DNA of 64,000 nucleotides from Candidatus Aminicenantales bacterium (GTDB lineage Bacteria; Acidobacteriota; Aminicenantia; Aminicenantales; Saccharicenantaceae): NCBI GenBank assembly GCA_050015275.1, contig JBEKBS010000006.1, positions 2,733 to 66,732 of the forward strand, read 5' to 3'. Shown piece by piece: positions 57,152 to 64,000 of this stretch (position 1 is its first letter; each line of letters starts with the position of its first letter). The notes under the pieces were generated by a model. It saw only the letters and a program-made list of their open reading frames with translations, ran no database searches and was not told where the DNA came from. The position numbers and the translations under genes were made by a program.

Positions 57152-58071
57152 GCCGGCGACCCGATCTTCCCGATGGACATGCAGAGCCCGATGACATTCC
57201 CCCAGGCTCGCTGCACATGATGGAAATCCCTTTCCCGAAGGGCCAGGCCGAGGCTCATCAGGAGCCTCGAGGCCAGAGCCAGATAGCACTTCCCCACCGA
57301 CAGCTCGGGGTTTTTCCTGACGAAATGGACCCTGTTCAGGACTTCCCGCCTGCCGAACTCGAAATCGTTCCCCCGGCCCGAGGCCGCCGGCAAATGGTAA
57401 TACCCGGCTTCAGCGACGACGGCCAGCCGAAAGGCCTTCCCGACCCGGTAGCTGAAATCCAGGTCCTCAAGGTAGCTGTAGCCTTCGAACCATTCGTCAA
57501 AACGGAACCTCCCGAAAACCTCTTTCCGCCAGACCGAGGCTCCCGTCGGCAGCCAATGGACATAGACGGTCGACCAGGTCTGGCCGATCATCGTCTGAAA
57601 CCCGGCCGGCGATACGGCTCCCCGGCTGCGGGAGTAGAGGCCGGCCGCTTCCGTGTACGGCGACAGCTTGGCCCGGGGCCAGGCGACCGGGGGATGATTC
57701 AGCATATTGAACGCCGCCCCTCCGATCCTCCCGTCGGCCCCTTCGAAGAAGGCCAGGATTTTCTCCAATGCGGATTCCCCGACGACGACGTCGTCGTCGA
57801 GAAATCCGATGAGCCCCGCGTCCGGAGGAGCGGTCTCGAGCCCCAGGTTGCGTTGCCGGGACGCCGACGGCGGCAGGCCGCGAACGTGGCGGACGGGGAA
57901 GGCCCGGACACTCCGGCAAAAAGCCTCGACGGACCCGGAGCCTCCGTCGACGACTATGACCTCGTCGGGAAGCCGCGTCTGGGCTTCCAGACTCCGGATG
58001 AGCCGGGCAAGCTCCCGGGGGCGGTCTTTTGTCGCCACGACGAAGGCGACCTTCGTTCTCTTTTCGCTCAT
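57148..58071 (-). CDS. glycosyltransferase family 2
   Basis: Start trimmed to MSEKRTKVAFVVATKDRPRELARLIRSLEAQT. GT-A DxD region (IGFLDDDVVVGE). Confidence 0.8.
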   Translation of the reverse strand: MSEKRTKVAFVVATKDRPRELARLIRSLEAQTRLPDEVIVVDGGSGSVEAFCRSVRAFPVRHVRGLPPSASRQRNLGLETAPPDAGLIGFLDDDVVVGESALEKILAFFEGADGRIGGAAFNMLNHPPVAWPRAKLSPYTEAAGLYSRSRGAVSPAGFQTMIGQTWSTVYVHWLPTGASVWRKEVFGRFRFDEWFEGYSYLEDLDFSYRVGKAFRLAVVAEAGYYHLPAASGRGNDFEFGRREVLNRVHFVRKNPELSVGKCYLALASRLLMSLGLALRERDFHHVQRAWGNVIGLCMSIGKIGSPA

Positions 58072-58892
58072 CGCGTCGGGCCTTCGGGCGGTCTCCGCCC
58101 GGCCTCCTTGATCCCGCCGAGAACATGCCCCGCCCACAGCCGGGCCATCCCGCCCAGCACGGAGCCGAGGGCCCGGGGCGACCGCAGGAATTCTGTCCGA
58201 TGTTTTCTGAGGACGAGACGCTTCGCCCGCAAAAAGAGGAGCCGGTCGGCCGAGACGCTTCCCGGCGTGTAATGGGAAACGGTCAGCAGATCGGGAAGAT
58301 AACGGAACCGGCAGGCCTTGGCCAGCCGGATCCAAAGGTCCCACTCTTCGAGCGCCGGCAGGGACTCGTCGAAAAACCCGACGGCATCGAGGCACTCTTT
58401 TTTCACGGCCGCGGCCGGCGTCGGGACGAGGTAGGAGCCCCGAAGGATGGCGGCGAAGACATCGCCCTCCTTCCTGTTCGCCGAAGCCGAGGGGATGACG
58501 TACGTCTTGCCTTTGAAGTGTCTCAAGGTCCCGGTGTAGACGACGCCGACGTCGGACGGAGCTTTCCGCAAGGCCTCGACCTGCTTCTCGAGCTTGGCCG
58601 GCAGCCATTCGTCATCGCTGTCCAGGAAGGCGATGAACCGTCCTTTCGACGCGGCAATGGCCGTATTCCGGGCCGCGGCTGGTCCCCGCCTCACGGGATG
58701 GCGGAGGACGCGAAGCCTTTCGTCCGCGAACTCTCCGACCGCGCTCCCCGTCCCGTCCGTGGAGCCGTCGTCGACGACGATCGCCTCCCATTCCCCGTAT
58801 GTCTGGCCGAGAACGCTCCGGAGCGCCCGCTTCAGGAGCTCCCGCCTGTTATGGGCGGGCATGACGATGCTCACTTCGGGCTGACGGTTCAT
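58068..58892 (-). CDS. glycosyltransferase family 2
   Basis: Start trimmed to MNRQPEVSIVMPAHNRRELLKRALRSVLGQTY. DxD/DSDDE motif (IAFLDSDDEW). Confidence 0.8.
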   Translation of the reverse strand: MNRQPEVSIVMPAHNRRELLKRALRSVLGQTYGEWEAIVVDDGSTDGTGSAVGEFADERLRVLRHPVRRGPAAARNTAIAASKGRFIAFLDSDDEWLPAKLEKQVEALRKAPSDVGVVYTGTLRHFKGKTYVIPSASANRKEGDVFAAILRGSYLVPTPAAAVKKECLDAVGFFDESLPALEEWDLWIRLAKACRFRYLPDLLTVSHYTPGSVSADRLLFLRAKRLVLRKHRTEFLRSPRALGSVLGGMARLWAGHVLGGIKEAGRRPPEGPTR

Positions 58893-58893
58893 C

Positions 58894-60486
58894 TCAGGCT
58901 CCCGCACTCCGTTCGCCGGAGCCGGCCATGAGACGCGGCAGTCCGGCCCGGAGCCAGGAGATCTCTTGCTTGCTGAAAACGAAAAGGCCGCAGGCGGCGA
59001 GAAAGGCGGCCAGGGGGACGAGGAGCCCGACGGGCTTTCCGTAATAGTACTGGACGAGGCCGCACGCGAGGGCGAATAGGGCCAGGGCCAGGACGCCCTG
59101 GAGGATCCTGCTCTGGCCGAGATCGCGGCGCGAGAACCGCATGTCCCCGACCTTCGAGGCCATCGCGAACAGCACTGCCATCTCAACGGTGACCCGAAGC
59201 GTCCAGGCGGCCGCCGCGCCGTTGATCCCCCAGGTTCTGATGAAAAACCATCCCAAGGGGACGAAGAGGAAGAACTCGGCCAGGTTCAACTTGGCCGGGA
59301 GGTCCGGCCGGCCCATGCCCTGGATCAGGGCCAGGGGGATGTCCGACAGCGATGTCGTCAGGAACCCCACGGCCAAGATCTGGAAGGTCAGGGTGCTTGT
59401 CCGGGCGAATCCGGCACCCAGCCAGACCCTGAGGATCGGCCCCGCCATCAGGACTAGAAGGACGGAGACCGGACCGATTCCGACGATCAGATACTTGACC
59501 GCGTAGCCGAAGAGGGTCTTGGCCCGGCCCCGCTCCTCTCTCCCCTGGAGCGCGCTGAACGAGGGGAAGAGCGTCAGGATCAAGCTTCCCGGCAGGATCC
59601 CGACCTTCGTGACGATCTCGTAGGGCGCGACATAAAAACCGACGGCTCTCATGTTCAGGATGGAGCCGACCATGAACCGGTCGAGGTAGGTCAGGATGGG
59701 CCGGACGATATTGGAGACGGTCAGCCAGCCACCGAATTTCAGGAGGTCGGGAACGCTCTCCTTGCGGAAGGCCACGTCCCTCCTGAGGACAGGGAACGCC
59801 TTGAGGCAAAGCCAGACCCAGGCGACGAGGGCCAGGACCCTCGCCCCGACGAGCAGGGCCACGATGCCGCGAAGGTCGAAGCCGAGGCCCACTCCGGCGA
59901 GCGGGAGGAGGTAATTCAGGGTGCTCGAGCCGCCCTTGACGATATTGACCAGGTCGAACCTCTGGCGGGCTTCCAGGGCCCCGCGGAACGAGGCCGAGAC
60001 GAGGACGACCGGGAGCGAGATCCCGATCAGGATGAACGATACCCTGGCCTCGGGCACGAGCGGGGCCGGGATGTGGAGGATGCGACCCACGAGCAAGGGG
60101 GTGGCCAGGGCCAGGAGCGCGGCCCCGATCAGGCCCAGGGCCCCCTGGAAAAAGACCGTGGTCCAGAGGATCCTGGGGATCCTGTCCGATTCGCCCCGGC
60201 CCAGGGCCTCGGCGATGAACTTGGTCGTGGCCCGGCTCAGGCCCAGGTCGAAGAACGCCAGATACCCGACGACCACCCAGACGAGCGACAGAATGCCGAA
60301 CCGCTCCGTCCCCAGCCAGCGGATGGTGAAGGGCATCGCCAGGACGCCGACCAGCATGGGAAATCCCAGGCCGATCATATTCAGGATCGTGTTCCTGGCG
60401 AGCAGGCCCGGCCTGATCTCGAAATCGGGCCGGGTCCGGGCGCTCTCCGGAGCAGGACGGGGGTTCTGAGGTCTGGAAGGGGTCAC
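58894..60486 (-). CDS. wzx: polysaccharide flippase (Wzx / MOP-superfamily Polysacc_synt)
   Basis: Twelve or more TM segments with Wzx-like organisation. It is the first gene of the minus-strand array. Confidence 0.8.
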   Translation of the reverse strand: MTPSRPQNPRPAPESARTRPDFEIRPGLLARNTILNMIGLGFPMLVGVLAMPFTIRWLGTERFGILSLVWVVVGYLAFFDLGLSRATTKFIAEALGRGESDRIPRILWTTVFFQGALGLIGAALLALATPLLVGRILHIPAPLVPEARVSFILIGISLPVVLVSASFRGALEARQRFDLVNIVKGGSSTLNYLLPLAGVGLGFDLRGIVALLVGARVLALVAWVWLCLKAFPVLRRDVAFRKESVPDLLKFGGWLTVSNIVRPILTYLDRFMVGSILNMRAVGFYVAPYEIVTKVGILPGSLILTLFPSFSALQGREERGRAKTLFGYAVKYLIVGIGPVSVLLVLMAGPILRVWLGAGFARTSTLTFQILAVGFLTTSLSDIPLALIQGMGRPDLPAKLNLAEFFLFVPLGWFFIRTWGINGAAAAWTLRVTVEMAVLFAMASKVGDMRFSRRDLGQSRILQGVLALALFALACGLVQYYYGKPVGLLVPLAAFLAACGLFVFSKQEISWLRAGLPRLMAGSGERSAGA

Positions 60487-60785
60487 GATAAACCTCGGGC
60501 CGTAGACAGGCTACCGCCGATGGACGGAAAGCGTCTCTTCACGCTTTATTTTTTCGGAACCGTCAGAGGCTGACGCGAGGCCACAAGGGGTCGATGGCAA
60601 CAAAGCCGGCCCCTGAAAAGGAAGGTGTAAAGATCGCTCGCATCATGGCGCCATGATAACGGCCCCCTTTCCCCTGTCGCAATCGTCAGGCCGGATGAAT
60701 CCAGGGGTGAAAATCGGTCCCATTGTATCACCTTTTGGGGTGGGAAAATCGGGACCTTCTCACCCCCGTCCCGCAGGGCGGTTTC

Positions 60786-60814
60786 TTGACAGCCCTGGAC
60801 CCCTCCTCTATACT
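60786..60814 (+). promoter_or_regulatory. sigma70 promoter of thiC (TTGACA-N17-TATACT)
   Basis: Sequence ggtttcTTGACAgccctggacccctcctcTATACTtaaac lies about 40 nt upstream of the thiC ATG. Confidence 0.45.
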
Positions 60815-60854
60815 TAAACTTACCTCGAGAGAACGATCTCCGAATAGAGAAATT

Positions 60855-62162
60855 ATGACGCAGGTCGAGCAGGCCAGGAAGGGTGTCCTCACGCGGGTCC
60901 TGAAGAAGGCCGCCTCCGCGGAGGCAGTCTCCGCCGAGGCGTTGGCCGGCCTCGTCTCGGAAGGCCTGGCGGTCATCCCTCATAATCCAGGCCATGCTCC
61001 CGCCCGGCCCGCGGCAATCGGCAGGGGCCTCCGGACCAAGGTCAACGTCAACATCGGCACGTCGCGCGATTTTCCCCGCCTGGCCGACGAGCTCAAGAAA
61101 TTGAAGGTCAGCCTGGATTACGGGACCGACGCCCTGATGGACCTGAGCACGGGCGGGGACATTAGGAAGATCCGTCAGGCGATCCTCCGGCGGACGCCCG
61201 TGCCCCTGGGGACCGTACCAATCTACCAGGCGGCCATCCGGGCCATTGAACGCCGCGGGACGATCGTCGACATCACGGAAGACGACATGTTCGAGGCCAT
61301 CGAGTCCCAGGCCCGGGAGGGCGTGGATTTCATGACCGTCCACAGCGGCCTGACCCTCAAGGCCGTCGACCGCCTGAAAAAGCAGGGCCGCGTCGCGGAC
61401 ATCGTCTCCCGGGGAGGGGCCTTCCACCTCGCCTGGATGCTCCACAACGGAAAGGAAAATCCTTTTTACGCCCGCTTCGACCGCCTTCTCGAAATCGCCC
61501 GGCGGCACGACGTCACCCTCAGCCTGGGCGACGGCCTGCGGCCGGGATCGATCCTGGACGCGACCGACCGTCCCCAGATCGAGGAGCTGCTGACCCTCGG
61601 CGAGCTCGTCCGCAGCGCCCGGGAGGCGGGCGTCCAGGTCATGGTCGAAGGCCCGGGCCACGTCCCTCTCGACCAGGTCGAGATGAACATCCGGCTCCAG
61701 AAGCGCCTCTGCCAGGACGCGCCGTTCTACGTGCTGGGACCCCTCGTCACCGACATCGCCCCCGGCTACGACCACATCGTCTCGGCCATCGGCGGGGCGC
61801 TGGCGGCCGCGGCGGGGGCGGATTTCCTCTGCTACGTGACGCCCGCCGAGCACCTCGGGCTGCCGACGCTCGACGACGTCCGCGAGGGGCTCGTCGCTTC
61901 GAGGATCGCGGCCCACGCCGCCGACATCGTCAAGCGTGTCCCGGGCGCCCTCGAGCGGGACCTCGAGCTGTCACGGGCCCGGAAGCGACTGGACTGGAAG
62001 GCCCAGGAAAAATTGGCCATCGACCCCCTCAAGTTCAAGGCGGTCCGGAAGAGGAGAAAATCGAAAACCCAGGCCTGCTCCATGTGCGGGGAATTCTGCG
62101 CCATGAGGATCGTCAGCGAATTTCTCAATCCCGGCGGAGACGCCGATGCCCGGTGTTCCTAG
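60855..62162 (+). CDS. thiC: phosphomethylpyrimidine synthase
   Basis: Start trimmed to [10 protein letters not shown]. Matches to ThiC run through the protein ([45 protein letters not shown]). The C-terminal radical-SAM cluster motif is CSMCGEFCA. Confidence 0.9.
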   Translation: MTQVEQARKGVLTRVLKKAASAEAVSAEALAGLVSEGLAVIPHNPGHAPARPAAIGRGLRTKVNVNIGTSRDFPRLADELKKLKVSLDYGTDALMDLSTGGDIRKIRQAILRRTPVPLGTVPIYQAAIRAIERRGTIVDITEDDMFEAIESQAREGVDFMTVHSGLTLKAVDRLKKQGRVADIVSRGGAFHLAWMLHNGKENPFYARFDRLLEIARRHDVTLSLGDGLRPGSILDATDRPQIEELLTLGELVRSAREAGVQVMVEGPGHVPLDQVEMNIRLQKRLCQDAPFYVLGPLVTDIAPGYDHIVSAIGGALAAAAGADFLCYVTPAEHLGLPTLDDVREGLVASRIAAHAADIVKRVPGALERDLELSRARKRLDWKAQEKLAIDPLKFKAVRKRRKSKTQACSMCGEFCAMRIVSEFLNPGGDADARCS

Positions 62163-63024
62163 GCGCCTTCTCTTTGGGACGGCCGGCGTACCGCTCTCGG
62201 CCTCCGACACCTCGACGCTCGCGGCCCTCGACCACATCAAGAGACTCGGGCTCGACGGCCTCGAGATCGAGTTCGTCAAGGGCGTCAAGATGGGCCTTGA
62301 CACGGCCGGCAAGATCCGGCAGAAGGCGGCGGTCCTGGGCCTCCGCCTGAGCGTCCACGCTCCCTACTACATCAACTTCAACTCCGAGGACCGGGGGATC
62401 CGGCTCCACAGCCAGGAGCGGCTCCTGAGCTCCGCCCGGGTCGGGGCGGCGTGCGGGGCGGAGAGCGTCGTCTTCCACGCGGGGTTTTACGGCAAGGACT
62501 CTCCCGAAAGGGCCTACGCCGCCATCAAGAGCGGGCTCGCGGCCGTGATGTCCATCGTCCGGACCGAGCGGCTTCCCACGAGCGTCCGCGTCGAGACCAT
62601 GGGCAAGCGGTCCCAGTTCGGGACGCTCGATGAGGTGCTCCAGCTCTGCCGAGAGGTCGACGGCCTCCGGCCGTGCCTGGACTTCTCCCACATCTACGCA
62701 CGCGATGGCCGGGTCAACTCCTACCAGGATTTTTACCGCGTCCTCAGCAAGGTCGCGAAAAAGCTCGGGGCCGGGGCGCTCAAGACCGCCCACATCCACA
62801 TCGCGGGGATCCACTATAACGACAAGGGCGAGGTCAAGCACCTCAACCTCGACGAGGCGGACTTCCGGTACGACGAATGGATCCAGGCCCTCCGGGACCT
62901 CGGGGTCGAGGGCCTCGTCATCTGCGAGAGCCCGAACCTCGAGGCCGACGCCCTGATGCTCAAGAATCTATTCCGGGCCCAGCAGGCTAAGGGCCCGTCC
63001 GCCGCCGGGCCGGCCCGGCCTTGA
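62146..63024 (+). CDS. sugar phosphate isomerase/epimerase-like TIM-barrel protein (xylose isomerase-like fold)
   Basis: [11 protein letters not shown]...VVFHAGFY...VRVETMGK...LDFSHIYA is typical of AP-endonuclease-2/xylose-isomerase-like barrels. It overlaps the thiC 3' end by 17 nt. Confidence 0.7.
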   Translation: MPGVPRRLLFGTAGVPLSASDTSTLAALDHIKRLGLDGLEIEFVKGVKMGLDTAGKIRQKAAVLGLRLSVHAPYYINFNSEDRGIRLHSQERLLSSARVGAACGAESVVFHAGFYGKDSPERAYAAIKSGLAAVMSIVRTERLPTSVRVETMGKRSQFGTLDEVLQLCREVDGLRPCLDFSHIYARDGRVNSYQDFYRVLSKVAKKLGAGALKTAHIHIAGIHYNDKGEVKHLNLDEADFRYDEWIQALRDLGVEGLVICESPNLEADALMLKNLFRAQQAKGPSAAGPARP

Positions 63025-63104
63025 AATCAAAAACCAGAAGTCCTGGGGACCGGCCCCCCTTGAGAGGAAGGACGAACCCGAGCGGGCGATGGGTGAATCC
63101 GGCT

Positions 63105-63133
63105 TCCCTTTCGGGGCGATTCGGGCATATAAT
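63105..63133 (+). promoter_or_regulatory. candidate promoter for porGD with a perfect -10 element (TATAAT at 63128-63133) and a weak -35
   Basis: Sequence cttccctttcggggcgattcgggcaTATAATagcgcc lies 34 nt upstream of the porG ATG. Confidence 0.3.
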
Positions 63134-63166
63134 AGCGCCTCATCCAAGACCGGAAAGGAGAGGGAC

Positions 63167-63709
63167 ATGGTCGAAATCCGATTTCACGGCCGCGGCGGCC
63201 AGGGGACCGTCGTCGCCTCCAAGATCCTGGCCGACGCCATCGCCAAGGAAGGGAACTGGGTCCAGGCCTATCCCGAATTCGGGGTCGAGCGCCGGGGGTC
63301 CCCCGTCGTCGCCTTCATCCGCATTGACGACAAGCCGATCTATGACAAGAGCCGGATCTACGCGCCCGACGACGTCGTCGTCGTCGACCCGACCCTCGTC
63401 GAGGCCATCGACATCACCGAGGGCCTGAAGGCAGGAGGCACCATCATCATCAACAGCGACCGGAAGCCCGAGGACTTCCCCTTCCACGGGAAATACAAGG
63501 TCCGGACCATCAACGCCACCGAGATCGCCGTCAAGAACAGGCTGGGGAGCCTGGCCGCCCCTATCGTCAACACGGCCATCGCCGGCGCCGTCATCAAGGT
63601 CCTCGGACTGACGAAGCTCGAATCCCTGGCCCAGGCCATCCGGGAGGGCATCTCCATCAAGCCGGAGGACAACGTCAAGGCGGCCGAGGAAGCCTACGCT
63701 CGGGCCTGA
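63167..63709 (+). CDS. porG: pyruvate/2-oxoacid:ferredoxin oxidoreductase gamma subunit
   Basis: Start trimmed to MVEIRFHGRGGQGTVVASKILADAIAKEG with AAGGAGAG SD; the PorG family N-terminus. Confidence 0.85.
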   Translation: MVEIRFHGRGGQGTVVASKILADAIAKEGNWVQAYPEFGVERRGSPVVAFIRIDDKPIYDKSRIYAPDDVVVVDPTLVEAIDITEGLKAGGTIIINSDRKPEDFPFHGKYKVRTINATEIAVKNRLGSLAAPIVNTAIAGAVIKVLGLTKLESLAQAIREGISIKPEDNVKAAEEAYARA

Positions 63710-63722
63710 GGGAGAATCGGAC

Positions 63723-64000
63723 ATGAAGGAAAAGAAAGCCAAGAAGATCGTCTTCAAGTCGGCCGAGGAGATGCCGACCATGGTCATCTCCATCGGCAGC
63801 CAGACCCACAACCTGACCGGCGCCTGGCGGAACATCCGCCCCGAGATCGACCTGGCCAAGTGCCTCAAGTGCGGCATCTGCTGGAAGTTCTGCCCCGAAC
63901 CGTCCATCGACATCGTCGACGAATGGCCCGTGGTGGACTACGATTACTGCAAGGGTTGCGGCATCTGCGCCGAGGAATGCCCGGCGAAGTGCATCGTCAT
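63723..64000 (+). CDS. porD: pyruvate:ferredoxin oxidoreductase delta subunit (2x[4Fe-4S] ferredoxin), truncated by the right window edge
   Basis: MKEKKAKKIVFKSAEEMPTMVISIGSQTHNLTGAWRNIRPEIDLAKCLKCGICWKFCPEPSI...YCKGCGICAEECPAKCIV carries two CxxCxxCxxxCP motifs. GGGAGAA SD upstream. Confidence 0.8.
   Translation, partial: MKEKKAKKIVFKSAEEMPTMVISIGSQTHNLTGAWRNIRPEIDLAKCLKCGICWKFCPEPSIDIVDEWPVVDYDYCKGCGICAEECPAKCIV

Noticed and set aside
60487..60854. TPP riboswitch upstream of thiC
   Set aside because: No CUGAGA / GCGUAGGGA THI-box core was found, and the leader downstream of the TTGACA-N17-TATACT promoter is only about 35 nt. An Rfam scan is needed to be definitive.
60546..61916. 456-aa minus-strand ORF
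   Set aside because: Antisense to thiC.

Overview
High-GC bacterial chromosomal segment of 64 kb, about two-thirds G+C by eye, with no rRNA, tRNA or CRISPR array and no recognisable mobile element. Long antisense 'shadow' ORFs are everywhere, as expected at this GC, so all gene calls rest on recognisable protein motifs plus start-codon and SD checks read directly from the sequence; the phylum was not pinned down.

Content from left to right:
- a translationally coupled gltX-glnS pair of class I aminoacyl-tRNA synthetase genes (glnS runs off the left edge)
- a Tat-exported M24 Xaa-Pro peptidase
- a type IV pilus minor-pilin operon (fimT-like, pilV, pilW, pilX, pilY1) with visibly lower GC than its flanks; its PilY1 has an unusual N-terminal FG-GAP/integrin-like propeller
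- a prolyl oligopeptidase lipoprotein and a LemA/TPM/TPM trio
- an atypical 6-phosphofructokinase-family gene
- a small glycan-related cluster (two glycoside-hydrolase-like proteins, glgC, a DUF4091-like secreted protein)
- a five-gene candidate peptide system: a small secreted Cys-rich peptide, a periplasmic NHL beta-propeller protein, a thioredoxin-fold CPSC protein and an ABC-2 exporter
- hutU
- a c-di-GMP module: GAF-GGDEF-PilZ cyclase, coiled-coil protein, pseudo-receiver HD-GYP
- a roughly 26.5 kb run of 25 genes on the minus strand, from prmC-prfA-rpmE-rsmD, through an NTP_transf_5/ABC-2 operon, into a large exopolysaccharide locus (Wzx, five GTs, two Wzy_C/O-antigen-ligase-like proteins, a VanZ-fused priming phosphoglycosyltransferase, a geranylgeranyl-reductase-like flavoprotein, an outer-membrane beta-barrel, Wza, Wzc)
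- thiC, a TIM-barrel sugar-phosphate isomerase-like gene and porG/porD at the right edge

The best candidates for something undescribed are the peptide/NHL/thioredoxin/ABC cluster, the PilY1 chimera, the atypical PFK paralog, the self-sensing diguanylate cyclase, and the lipid-reductase and VanZ-PGT components of the EPS locus.
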